Of a stretch of 64,000 nucleotides of DNA, positions 17,591-26,824 are shown piece after piece. Every line of letters starts with the position of its first letter. The stretch's first letter is position 1. The position numbers were made by a program, and so were the translations under genes. Source of the DNA: a virus; IMG/VR virus record IMGVR_UViG_3300025736_000010, positions 32,001-96,000 of that record; one strand, given 5' to 3'. The notes under the pieces were generated by a model. That model searched no databases and was not told the origin of the DNA. It saw only the letters and a program-made list of their open reading frames with translations.

Positions 17591-19051
17591 ATGGCTAACC
17601 AGATCCAGATTATGAGAGGAACTGCTGCTAACCTAGTTACCAAGGGTAACCTTGCAGCAGGCGAGTTGGGGTTCAGTACAGATACATTCCAGATGCACGT
17701 TGGTAGTGGGGCTGCGAATTATGAGTTCGTGATGCACCAGCTGTTTGGCGCTCAATCGATTATAGCAGCTACCGCTGATAACACACCGGCAGAGTTGACT
17801 GTTGGAGAGCAAAGTGTTGTCGGGCGTATTACTAGCGGTAATGTAGCGGCATTGACAGGTGCAAACCTATGGACAATCCTTACCGGGCAGGCAGCTGCTG
17901 ATGTTTCGATGAATTCTCACAAACTTACAAGCGTAACCGACCCTACTGGCGCACAAGATGCAGCGACTAAAGCATACGTAGACGCTCTAGTTCAGGGATT
18001 AAAAATTCACGATGCTGTGGCGTGCGCTACAACTGCAAATATTTCATTGACTGCCGAACAGACTCTTGACGGAATCCTTACATCTACAAGCAGAGTGCTT
18101 GTTAAAGATCAGACAGCTCCAGAAGAGAATGGTATTTACGTGTCTGCTGCCGGTGCATGGGCTCGTGCTGCCGATATGGATGCTGCTGCTGAAGTGCCGC
18201 AATCATTCGCATTCGTTTCTGGGGGAACAACGCTAGGATCTACCGGATGGGCATGTACTGTTGATCCAGACGGTTTCGTACTCGATACGACAGCAATGCC
18301 TTGGGCGCAGTTCTCCAGCACTGGTTACGTTACAGCAAGCGCCGGATTAACAAAGACCGGCAACGATATTGCTCCCGATGGGAACCTTGAAGATCTAAAC
18401 ACAGTTGGCCCAGTAGATGGCGCTGATTACTTCTTGGCAGGAACTGCCGCTGGGGCGTTGGCGTGGGAAACTGGAGATACAGTTAGAACATCTCTTGGGT
18501 TAGCAATTGGAACAGATGTTCTTGCAGAGCAGACAATTGGTATTGCAAATGACAATCTATTAGAAGTAGACGGTACTCCATTAGATACAGAAGTAGCAGT
18601 GTTCACTGCAAATGGCATTAACGGTTTATCTAAGGCTGAGACAATGGCACACCTTTCTGCTGGCGCTACTGCTGATTTCTCGATGAACACTAATAAAATC
18701 ACCGCAGTAAAAGATCCGACGGCAGATCAAGACGCTGCTACTTTCAAGTGGGTTACTGATAACTTTGCTTCTGGTTCTGCCGGTGCAAATACAGCACTAA
18801 GCAACCTTGCAAGCGTTGCAATTAACCTACCGTTGCTTCCAGACGCAGCAGCTGCTGACGATTTCGGCTCTGCTACATTGCCGTTTAAGACAATGTTCTT
18901 TGCCGGTACCTCTGGAACTCCAGGCACGAATAATTTCCAATTAACTGGTGCAAGCACATCTGGAACGCGAACTGCGGCATTCCCAGATAAGTCTGGTTAT
19001 GTGCTAATAACAACAGCTGCAAGCGTTATTGACGGAGGAGCATTTGTATAA
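17591..19051 (+). CDS. fibre protein with Mtd-like N-terminal domain
   Basis: IQI.RGTAA...LAAGELGF.TDT; DAATKAYVD; RVLVKDQ...ENGIY; C-terminal IDGGAF. Confidence 0.75.
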   Translation: MANQIQIMRGTAANLVTKGNLAAGELGFSTDTFQMHVGSGAANYEFVMHQLFGAQSIIAATADNTPAELTVGEQSVVGRITSGNVAALTGANLWTILTGQAAADVSMNSHKLTSVTDPTGAQDAATKAYVDALVQGLKIHDAVACATTANISLTAEQTLDGILTSTSRVLVKDQTAPEENGIYVSAAGAWARAADMDAAAEVPQSFAFVSGGTTLGSTGWACTVDPDGFVLDTTAMPWAQFSSTGYVTASAGLTKTGNDIAPDGNLEDLNTVGPVDGADYFLAGTAAGALAWETGDTVRTSLGLAIGTDVLAEQTIGIANDNLLEVDGTPLDTEVAVFTANGINGLSKAETMAHLSAGATADFSMNTNKITAVKDPTADQDAATFKWVTDNFASGSAGANTALSNLASVAINLPLLPDAAAADDFGSATLPFKTMFFAGTSGTPGTNNFQLTGASTSGTRTAAFPDKSGYVLITTAASVIDGGAFV

Positions 19052-19054
19052 TAG

Positions 19055-19083
19055 TTGCAATTTAACTTATAATTGTGTATAAT
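19055..19083 (+). promoter_or_regulatory. sigma70-type promoter followed by a hairpin
   Basis: TTGCAA-17-TATAAT; then GGGGAGAG-loop-CTCTCCCC. Confidence 0.65.
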
Positions 19084-19143
19084 AACAAAAGGGGAGAGGC
19101 AATCTCTCCCCGATCTTAATAAATAAAAGGGAGGAGTATTAAT

Positions 19144-19761
19144 ATGATGGAAGAAGCAAAAATTAGCCAAGTAGCAAATGAAACGGCGAAGCCTGCTGGG
19201 ATGCCAATGCTAGTTACAGAGGATGACCTTCAGCTCGAAATTGGTAGGTGGGTTGTGGCCTCGCTCAACAAGGACAAAATCCTCAACCGCATGGTTGAAA
19301 TCCAGCAACAACAGTCGGCTGCCATTGCAAATATGAAGGCGACGATAGACGCAGCGGCTCCATTAGCTGAGTCTAACTCAAAGCTAGGCGCAAAGAATAA
19401 AGAACTTGGCGATGCAATAACAGCTGTGAGGGCTGAGGCCAAGGCTGGAATAGACGCCGCCAAGAACGAGGCTAATGCAATAGTTGCAACAGCTAAGTCT
19501 GAATCTAAGGCGATGATAGCAACTGCTAAAAATGATGCAACAGCAAGTATATCTGCCGCTAAAGCAGACTCTGATGCAAGAGTAGTTATAGCAGAAGAAG
19601 ATGCTGGCGCTAAAGCGGACGCAGAGGTAGTTGCAGTTAAAGAAGAAGCTAGAAAATTAGCGGATGAGGCTACAGAGAAACTAGAAAAGCAAGAGAAGAT
19701 AATCGTTGATTTGAAAGCAAAGTTGGCAAAATTAAAGCCAGCTAAAAAGAGGAAGAAGTAA
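19144..19761 (+). CDS. Ala/Lys-rich coiled-coil protein
   Basis: GGGAGG RBS; periodic helical repeats. Confidence 0.65.
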   Translation: MMEEAKISQVANETAKPAGMPMLVTEDDLQLEIGRWVVASLNKDKILNRMVEIQQQQSAAIANMKATIDAAAPLAESNSKLGAKNKELGDAITAVRAEAKAGIDAAKNEANAIVATAKSESKAMIATAKNDATASISAAKADSDARVVIAEEDAGAKADAEVVAVKEEARKLADEATEKLEKQEKIIVDLKAKLAKLKPAKKRKK

Positions 19762-20501
19762 TGTCAAATACAGTAAAGATTCGTAGTGGGACAGCGGCTA
19801 ACCTTGTGACACTGGGGGCGCTTGAGGCAAGTGAACTTGGACGCGAGACAGACACAGACAAGGTATATATTGGAGATGGGGCTGCTAATCATGAGTTCGT
19901 TATGCACGATCTGTTTGATGCTCAGAGTGTCTTGGCAGCTACCGCTGATAATACTCCTGTGAAACTTACAATTGACGAACAAACAGTCGTAGGAAGGATC
20001 ACAAGTGGCAATGTCGCAGCGTTGACAGTAGCACAGCTTCAGACGCTGGTACTGTCTGCGAACTTACCTGAGAACGTGACGATCAAGCTAGATCCAATTC
20101 TCAGTGCGGATACGAAGTGGACAGGTACTACTCGTGATGTGGTAGCTGGAACAACTGCTCTTGTCTACGGATACTGTTACTACATGGCTGCTACCGGGAA
20201 ATGGGAACTGACAAACGCTACTGCGATAGCCACTTCTCATGGTGAGGTTGGTATGTGCGTTGTCGCTGCTGCGACAGATGCGACCGGCACGTTGTTGATG
20301 AGTGGAATGATTCGTGCAGATGATGAGTTTGATACATTCACCAAGGGTAGTGACATCTTCTTGAGTGCTGCTAATGCCGGGAAGTTGACAGAAACAGCGC
20401 CTACAGGCACAACTGACTTCGTTGTGAGGATCGTGGCGGCAGCTCCAACGGCTGACAGCATATCGTTCACTGGCGAACAGGCATACGCGACATTGGCATA
20501 G
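19761..20501 (+). CDS. fibre/decoration protein, N-terminus paralogous to 17591
   Basis: First ~95 aa align by eye with the 17591 protein. Confidence 0.7.
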   Translation: MSNTVKIRSGTAANLVTLGALEASELGRETDTDKVYIGDGAANHEFVMHDLFDAQSVLAATADNTPVKLTIDEQTVVGRITSGNVAALTVAQLQTLVLSANLPENVTIKLDPILSADTKWTGTTRDVVAGTTALVYGYCYYMAATGKWELTNATAIATSHGEVGMCVVAAATDATGTLLMSGMIRADDEFDTFTKGSDIFLSAANAGKLTETAPTGTTDFVVRIVAAAPTADSISFTGEQAYATLA

Positions 20502-20511
20502 GAGATAGATA

Positions 20512-20715
20512 ATGAATGGCAAGAAAGAAATAAGTCGAGATAACATACAAGCCGGCCGTAAAGCTGTTGACGCTTACCGTGAAGCCCACGCGAAACTTCA
20601 TGCAGGCGGTTGGCACAAGGGCATATCCGAGGATCACGCGCCGCTTTTGGAGAAGCTTGTCGCCACCCTTGAGAAACTGGGCATCACTTCGATTGAGAGG
20701 TTAAAATGGAGTTAG
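20512..20715 (+). CDS. hypothetical protein
   Basis: AGGAG RBS. Confidence 0.55.
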   Translation: MNGKKEISRDNIQAGRKAVDAYREAHAKLHAGGWHKGISEDHAPLLEKLVATLEKLGITSIERLKWS

Positions 20716-21449
20716 TCAAGCGAGAAACCTGCCAAGAATACTTTGAACGCCGCCTGCGAGAGGGCTGGAAATGCATCAGCCTTGAGGGGTATAATGCTGT
20801 CCTTTTGTCTCCTGATGGTATCAGGCGGGAACTTGACCTAAGGAATGACGTTGAAACCCTTAGACCCAGTGGAGGTTCCTTTGCCACGTTTGGTTATTAT
20901 GATGGTAGTTATCATGGTGGCCTGCGAGAGGAGAATTGGAAACAGGTTGATGAGGTTACTGCTGATGACGATGCCACTTTTGTATATCAGGCTATTACGG
21001 CATGGTCCGAAGACCACTATACATTTCCAGCCCATTCTGATGGTTCAGGGACTATCAACAATATTAAAGTATACTGTCGTATGGTTGGACTCGGGGGAAC
21101 AGAACAGAGTAAATGTGTAGCTTATGTTAATAGCGTTTTATATTACGGGGACGTAGAGACTTTAACTACGTCTTGGGCATCTTATTCCAAGACATGGACC
21201 AAAAACCCTAATACAGGACTTGATTGGACTTGGGATAATATAGATGCTTTAATAATTGGTGTTGCCCTTAATAACAATAACGGCACGGTGGCAAAATGCA
21301 CCCAAGTCTATGTTGAGGTTGATTACACGGCGTCTGGAGCAACCAGCATAAAAACAGTCCTCGGCGTACCAATTGCCGACATCAAGACAATCATGGGAGT
21401 GCCTATCGCCAATGTGAAGTCATTCCTTGGAGTATCGAATGTTAGTTAG
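20706..21449 (+). CDS. virion structural/adhesin-like protein
   Basis: NP.TG..WTW..I..L.IGV domain; C-terminal triple IK..GV repeat. Confidence 0.65.
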   Translation: MELVKRETCQEYFERRLREGWKCISLEGYNAVLLSPDGIRRELDLRNDVETLRPSGGSFATFGYYDGSYHGGLREENWKQVDEVTADDDATFVYQAITAWSEDHYTFPAHSDGSGTINNIKVYCRMVGLGGTEQSKCVAYVNSVLYYGDVETLTTSWASYSKTWTKNPNTGLDWTWDNIDALIIGVALNNNNGTVAKCTQVYVEVDYTASGATSIKTVLGVPIADIKTIMGVPIANVKSFLGVSNVS

Positions 21450-21472
21450 GACAAATATAGGAGGTAATTAAA

Positions 21473-21796
21473 TTGGCAACAGTACAAGGAAGCATACCAG
21501 AAACATGTCTATACGTTGACGATGCGCGTGATTTAGCGATAAGCGTTACTCGTGGCAATGTTTCAGGTAGCTATGCTGCCGTTACGCCGGATTCCGCGAC
21601 AATAAAAGTTGATACAACCGATGGAACTGAAGTTATGGCAGAGGTAGCCGCTGGCGTTTCTGGGAGCCAAGTATATTACCCAATAAACACAGATAACATT
21701 ACTGACACTGCCAGGCGATTAGTTGTTACTTGGAAAGTAGTGTACGGTGACGAAATAGCACGCTTACTACATTATCTAACAATACAGGAAGTATAA
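21473..21796 (+). CDS. Ig-like structural protein
   Basis: AGGAGG RBS, TTG start; beta-rich. Confidence 0.55.
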   Translation: MATVQGSIPETCLYVDDARDLAISVTRGNVSGSYAAVTPDSATIKVDTTDGTEVMAEVAAGVSGSQVYYPINTDNITDTARRLVVTWKVVYGDEIARLLHYLTIQEV

Positions 21797-22113
21797 TGGG
21801 ACAGTATCGAGTTAGTAATATTACGATAGGATATTCTGGAGAGGATGAAACCGACCTATACAGATCGGCAGACACGAGCATAATGTATTCTATTACAGAG
21901 TTATCCTTGCCGCTTTGGGTGCATACACACGGTTATTTTGCTGTGCCGTCAGAACAGATTGATGGTGAGAGAACTGACTTTACATTCCAAGGTAGCTACA
22001 TGGAGATTTTGTTGAACGGAATACCGCAACTCTACACAAAGACGGCAACCGGAATAAGTTTAGATGAGGCTCCTGTTGTTGGAGATCATTTATGGGGATG
22101 GTGGACACTATAA
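21796..22113 (+). CDS. structural protein
   Basis: DG..T.F...NG...I.L.EAP..GD repeat unit. Confidence 0.55.
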   Translation: MGQYRVSNITIGYSGEDETDLYRSADTSIMYSITELSLPLWVHTHGYFAVPSEQIDGERTDFTFQGSYMEILLNGIPQLYTKTATGISLDEAPVVGDHLWGWWTL

Positions 22114-22364
22114 CTTATCACATGCACAGATGGTACAGAGACAGCAGCAGTACGACTAATCCAGTTTCTGGTGTTGTTAACGGTGTGAATAAGACATTCA
22201 CTTTATCGGAAACGCCAATAACTGGGACTGTTAGAATGTTCGTGAATATGGAACAATTACCAACGGAAGATTTCACGGTGAGCGGACTGATTATAACTTC
22301 TGCTGAGGCCCCAGTGACGGGTGACGATGTATGGTGCCACTATCAGATAGAGGTGGATGAGTGA
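22092..22364 (+). CDS. structural protein
   Basis: G..NG.NK.FTL...P...AP.TGD unit, related to the previous gene. Confidence 0.55.
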   Translation: MGMVDTITYHMHRWYRDSSSTTNPVSGVVNGVNKTFTLSETPITGTVRMFVNMEQLPTEDFTVSGLIITSAEAPVTGDDVWCHYQIEVDE

Positions 22365-22384
22365 TAAAACCAGATCATAAAAAC

Positions 22385-22413
22385 TTGACAAGTAAACGTA
22401 TTTATAGTATAAT
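22385..22413 (+). promoter_or_regulatory. sigma70-type promoter
   Basis: TTGACA-17-TATAAT before AAGGAGG RBS. Confidence 0.8.
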
Positions 22414-22441
22414 TAGTAGACGAAAAGGAGGCAATTAGAAG

Positions 22442-22894
22442 ATGTGGCATTATAGCGGAAACCCAGGAGACAGCAACATTGATGCTATTAGATTCTACTC
22501 GCAACTTACAGATACTGACGATCAACGGTTAAGTGACGAAGAGCTTACTTTTTTGCGCACTAAAGAAGATACTAATATAGGTGCTGCTGCGCGTGCGTGC
22601 GAGACGTTAGCTGTGAAATATGCCTCTGAAGCGGACGTCAAGGTTGGAGCCAGTGGGGAATTTAGCATAAAAGCGTCTCAACTCTCCTCCCAGTTTTCCG
22701 CTATGGCTGTTGTGTTGCGTAGAGAAGCATCTAAACATGCATCTCCGTGGTCTGCGGGAATTAGCGTAAGCGAGAAGCTGGCGCAAGAAGAACGAACTGA
22801 CAGAGTAGAACCTGCATTTACAAGGGATCAGTTTGGAGGAGAAGGTGCTGGACAGAACGTATCACCTGAATGGGACGATGAGGGATATAGGTAA
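22442..22894 (+). CDS. head-tail adaptor protein
   Basis: W.YSG.P....D.IRF...DTD...LSDEE...AAA.ACE. Confidence 0.75.
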   Translation: MWHYSGNPGDSNIDAIRFYSQLTDTDDQRLSDEELTFLRTKEDTNIGAAARACETLAVKYASEADVKVGASGEFSIKASQLSSQFSAMAVVLRREASKHASPWSAGISVSEKLAQEERTDRVEPAFTRDQFGGEGAGQNVSPEWDDEGYR

Positions 22895-23571
22895 TGGCAT
22901 TATCATATTCTAGCCAAGTAGATAAGTCGATAAAGTATATGCTTAACAGACTAGGATCGACAGTCACGTATAAGCGGCTGCAAGCGCCTGGCGAGTGGAA
23001 TCCTGATCCATCTAAGGTTATTGACATTTTGTGGGAGTGGCCAACTTTCAAAGCAATTATATATGATGTTAAAACCTCTGATGTCGAGGAGAGCGGCGGC
23101 AGGCTTGAGTTAGGTGATAAGGCATTTGCTTTTCTTAGTGATGTGTTTACGTCGCATACAAATGAAGAATACATTAAATTCACCGCTGGCGCGACAGAGT
23201 TTATGGTAGGAGAATTGTTGACAGGTGCGACAAGCGGAGAAACAGCAAATGTGGTTAGCTCATACGAAGACAGCGGGACATGGGCTGCTGGTACAGCAGT
23301 TGGAGTAGTGTGGGTTAGCGGAGCTTCTGGTGAGTTTGGAGCGTCTGAAATTATTAATGGAAGTGTCGGCGGAACAAACATGGCGACAACTACAAAGACG
23401 AACACTTCTGGCGGGACTGACAGTGCTGCGCCGGAATCTGGTGACAAGATAGTTTATGGCGGGGATACGTATAAAGTTGATCTAGCTGCAACTGGCGGTG
23501 GAACAATTATACGAGAAGATATTACAGGGATAACAAGTACGATATGGGCGCGGGTGATAGAAAATGGCTAA
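22894..23571 (+). CDS. head closure protein with inserted beta domain
   Basis: G..VTY.R...GDK...P.SGD.I..G..Y frame with an internal F.VGE.LTG.TSG insert. Confidence 0.65.
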   Translation: MALSYSSQVDKSIKYMLNRLGSTVTYKRLQAPGEWNPDPSKVIDILWEWPTFKAIIYDVKTSDVEESGGRLELGDKAFAFLSDVFTSHTNEEYIKFTAGATEFMVGELLTGATSGETANVVSSYEDSGTWAAGTAVGVVWVSGASGEFGASEIINGSVGGTNMATTTKTNTSGGTDSAAPESGDKIVYGGDTYKVDLAATGGGTIIREDITGITSTIWARVIENG

Positions 23572-23929
23572 TTCTGTACAATGGAAGTTGGAGGGTTTCT
23601 ATGATAGAGCTGGAACGCAAACGCTTAGTTCTGGATTAATTACCAATACATTTACACAATTTGGTATTCAGAGCACTAGGGCTATGTTGAATAGACTGCT
23701 TCCACAACTAGCGGCGGCGGCGACTGCTCTGTGTCCTAGAAGCGGACTAGAAAAGGCTCACTTGCAGGACTCAATAGAGTGGTTTGTTTCGCCAACAGGA
23801 TTGTGGGGCGCGTATGGATCTAATTTCCCATATGCAATTTTTGTTGAGGCAGGTACTGTAAATATGACCGGACGACATTTCTTAACTGGCGCACTTAACG
23901 TAATTAAAATGCAAAACTTGGGAGGCTAG
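23564..23929 (+). CDS. HK97 gp10-like tail completion protein
   Basis: CP...L..SI...N..YA.FVE.GT..M....FL..A. Confidence 0.75.
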   Translation: MANSVQWKLEGFYDRAGTQTLSSGLITNTFTQFGIQSTRAMLNRLLPQLAAAATALCPRSGLEKAHLQDSIEWFVSPTGLWGAYGSNFPYAIFVEAGTVNMTGRHFLTGALNVIKMQNLGG

Positions 23930-23930
23930 A

Positions 23931-24167
23931 ATGTTTTTAGTATTACACAGAATCGACACAGAACACGGAGTAATGGGCGCGGAACCAAAGTACATCGAGT
24001 ACAATTTGCCTATAGATCTATTAGGGCCATTCGAGGTACATCCACAAGGAACAATGGTATACTTGCGAAACAACATGGGATATGTTATAATTAAAGAAAC
24101 GACAGAGGCAGTACGCAACAAAGTAATGGAATTGATTACGAATGTTGCTCGGCAAAATAATGGGTAA
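23931..24167 (+). CDS. hypothetical protein
   Basis: GGAGG RBS; V.ET.E.V pattern. Confidence 0.55.
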   Translation: MFLVLHRIDTEHGVMGAEPKYIEYNLPIDLLGPFEVHPQGTMVYLRNNMGYVIIKETTEAVRNKVMELITNVARQNNG

Positions 24168-24177
24168 GGGGTAGATT

Positions 24178-24597
24178 ATGGCAGACTTATCTACAGAGCT
24201 AGAAGAGGCGGTCTATAATTTGGCTGTCGCTGATAGCGATTTGTTGGATGAAGTTGGCGGAAGGATGAAAAACGGCAGACCTATTGCCGGATGGACTTTC
24301 CCGTACATACTGTATAGTTTCCCAAATCTACCATCAACGAACGTATTTCAGTCAAGTTCACCAGTAGCGACATCCATTAGCATATATTTTGACGTTTTTA
24401 GCGAGAACGACTTTTTGGCGTCGGAGGCAGGACCCATAGCAGGTTACATAAAAACCGTTTTTAACGGTGCATCTCTGACAATGACTGGATATCAGAATAT
24501 GACTATCAAGTTAGTATCAGAGAGATCGACGCAAGAAGAAGAAACAGGACTGTGGCACGCGCAACTTGGATATCAAGGAATGGCGTGTACTACTTAA
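24178..24597 (+). CDS. tail terminator (DUF3168-like)
   Basis: A.Y..L..D..L...VG.R..P...FPYI...DVFS...WH; position before tube gene. Confidence 0.75.
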   Translation: MADLSTELEEAVYNLAVADSDLLDEVGGRMKNGRPIAGWTFPYILYSFPNLPSTNVFQSSSPVATSISIYFDVFSENDFLASEAGPIAGYIKTVFNGASLTMTGYQNMTIKLVSERSTQEEETGLWHAQLGYQGMACTT

Positions 24598-24637
24598 TTA
24601 AGAGGATATACCTAGAAAATAGGTATGGAGGTGAAAT

Positions 24638-25039
24638 ATGACTGTTTATCAGGGCGCATCAGGCTACTTTATGGCAGCCGCAACTACTACCAGTGCAGCA
24701 TTGGTTGGCGAGATTAACCGGTACACCATAACAAAAACTTCCGATGCGATTGATACTTCTGTATTCGGAACGCGATGGAAGAGCTATGTTAATGGGTCAG
24801 TGGGTTGGACCGCCAGCATTAGCGGGTTCTACTATTGCGGCGATGCGGCACAAGAGGATATCGAAGATTCAATTGATGACGGAACTGCAATCGATTTGTA
24901 CGCCCATGTTAGTGATGATATTTATCACTATGGCGTTGGGTATACTACAAACTTTACAGTTGAGCAGTCGCACGACGGGGTCGCCACTCTTAGTGCGGAC
25001 ATTCAGGGGACAGATATTCTGTATCGTACCTGCCCGTAA
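24638..25039 (+). CDS. major tail (tube) protein
   Basis: G.SG...IDTS.FG..WK.YV.G...W.AS.SG...G.G..T.F...G.AT.S....GT; followed by terminator. Confidence 0.8.
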   Translation: MTVYQGASGYFMAAATTTSAALVGEINRYTITKTSDAIDTSVFGTRWKSYVNGSVGWTASISGFYYCGDAAQEDIEDSIDDGTAIDLYAHVSDDIYHYGVGYTTNFTVEQSHDGVATLSADIQGTDILYRTCP

Positions 25040-25060
25040 ACTCGTGTTTTAGCGTACTTT

Positions 25061-25091
25061 AGGGCTTGGCGTAAAAACCAAGCCCTTTTTT
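25061..25091 (+). terminator. rho-independent terminator
   Basis: AGGGCTTGG-loop-CCAAGCCCT followed by a U tract. Confidence 0.85.
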
Positions 25092-25093
25092 AC

Positions 25094-25122
25094 TTGACAA
25101 ACTTTGCTAAATAGTGTATAAT
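25094..25122 (+). promoter_or_regulatory. sigma70-type promoter
   Basis: TTGACA-17-TATAAT. Confidence 0.8.
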
Positions 25123-25148
25123 CATGCTATTGATGGGAGGCGGTTAAA

Positions 25149-25685
25149 ATAGAGTGGAGAGAAATTCCTGGTTATGAGGATAACTATTTGTGTTCCGATC
25201 ATGGGGATATATTTAGTTTGTCTCACAACAAGATAAAAGGTAAAAGACTGTCTAACAACGGATACCTTAGAGTCAATCTATATAAGAAATGCAAGCAAGA
25301 AACAGCGCTTGTTCATTCTGTTGTGGCGAGAACGTTTATTGGTGAACGCCCAGAAGGAATGCAAATAAACCACAAAGATGGTGATAAAACCAACAATCAC
25401 GTATTAAATTTAGAGTACGTTACTAGTAAAGAAAACTCTAGCCACGCTATTCGCACAGGATTGTTTAATCCTGTAGGCGAAAATAATGCAAGCAGCAAAC
25501 TGTTAGAATCTGATGTTGTGGAGATACAGTATATGATTGATAGCAAGAATTTTATGCAAAAACAGATTGCAGACAAATATCATGTTTCTTCCGCAACAAT
25601 ATCGGCTATAGCGACTGGTAGAATCTGGGGCACAGTAACAAATATTGAGTACTGCCCCAAAAAGAGAATAAAGGAGAGTGCATAA
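25149..25685 (+). CDS. NUMOD4-HNH homing endonuclease (probable non-canonical ATA start)
   Basis: EWREIPGYE..Y..SD.G NUMOD4 lies upstream of the first standard start; VH..VA..F...INHKDG.K.NN...NLEY. Confidence 0.8.
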   Translation: MEWREIPGYEDNYLCSDHGDIFSLSHNKIKGKRLSNNGYLRVNLYKKCKQETALVHSVVARTFIGERPEGMQINHKDGDKTNNHVLNLEYVTSKENSSHAIRTGLFNPVGENNASSKLLESDVVEIQYMIDSKNFMQKQIADKYHVSSATISAIATGRIWGTVTNIEYCPKKRIKESA

Positions 25686-26824
25686 TTAATATCTTGATGT
25701 GTATATCTACAGAGCAAGACATAGAATCTCCGTCAATGGGATCGGAACGCGAAATGCTTGGCTATTCCGAGGCTTTAGCGGAAAGGGGGCACGTAGTATC
25801 AATTGTAAACGTACTTAGAGCGGCTCCTGACTGGAACATTGATTATGATGTTTGTCATCTGGTAAATGCAGGTGGATGGAAAGGCGCACCGATTCTAACA
25901 GCGCAAATGTGCAAGTTAAAAGGAATACCAGTTGTGATTTCTCCTGTCTACTGGCCCACAGATGAGATGCAGCGTGAAATCGCGGAAAAGTTCAAAAAAA
26001 ATCCAGAACTTGTATCAGACCAATTTGGCGCACATCTACAAGGCGTTAAGAGCATGTTGGAAGAGGCTGATTGGTTGTTGCCAAACGCTGAAATTGAGAT
26101 GGACAGAGTAGCAGAATTATTGTATGGCGATACATCAAATCTTTATGACGATGAAATAGATCAAATTGGATATACAGTTATCAGCAACGGTGTTGATGTT
26201 GCGAACGAAACAGACATGGCGCTCCGCCTTAACTACGAGGAATTGCTATTTGACGATAGCCTTGAGGATATTCTAGCAGATAGATTTATTCTATGCGTTG
26301 GCAGGGTCGAAATTAGGAAAAACCAAGCATCTCTCGTCGAAGCGATGAAACCACTGTGGGAAGAAGATCCAGACCTACAGTTAGTATTGATGGGGGCAAA
26401 GTCAATACCATACGTAGATTACATCAAGGAAGAGATTAAAGGCAAGAATATTCTATTTTGTCCTCCAGGCCCTCCTGTAGCTGTTGCTAAGATGATGCGT
26501 AGATGTGCCGTCCATGTTCTAGTATCGCTCATCGAAACTCCGGGATTAGTGAACCTAGAAGCTGCTGCCCTCAACAAACCTATCGTCGTAGCAGACCGTG
26601 GTTCTGTCTCTGAGTATTTTGGCAGCGAACCAGGGGTCTTCTACTGCGATCCATTTGATATCGAAGGAATGACTTTTGCATTACGAGGCGCGTTGAAAAT
26701 GAAGGAAGCCAATGTTCTTGGTGATTTTGTACGTAAAACGTATTCACACGCTAAGATTGCTGGTGATATCGAGGCAGTTTACGAGAAAGTTATTGCCTCA
26801 ACGCGAAAAGGAAACATTAAATGA
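25685..26824 (+). CDS. glycosyltransferase family 4 (GT-B)
   Basis: L..RGH.V, NGVD, VGRVE.RKN, ETPGLV.LEAAA..PIV; probable ATT start at 25685 (track gives 25694). Confidence 0.85.
   Translation: MNILMCISTEQDIESPSMGSEREMLGYSEALAERGHVVSIVNVLRAAPDWNIDYDVCHLVNAGGWKGAPILTAQMCKLKGIPVVISPVYWPTDEMQREIAEKFKKNPELVSDQFGAHLQGVKSMLEEADWLLPNAEIEMDRVAELLYGDTSNLYDDEIDQIGYTVISNGVDVANETDMALRLNYEELLFDDSLEDILADRFILCVGRVEIRKNQASLVEAMKPLWEEDPDLQLVLMGAKSIPYVDYIKEEIKGKNILFCPPGPPVAVAKMMRRCAVHVLVSLIETPGLVNLEAAALNKPIVVADRGSVSEYFGSEPGVFYCDPFDIEGMTFALRGALKMKEANVLGDFVRKTYSHAKIAGDIEAVYEKVIASTRKGNIK

Noticed and set aside
17591-20050. DGR template/variable repeat pair (Mtd-like domains present)
   Set aside because: Differences are not adenine-specific, both copies are coding N-termini, and there is no reverse transcriptase in the window
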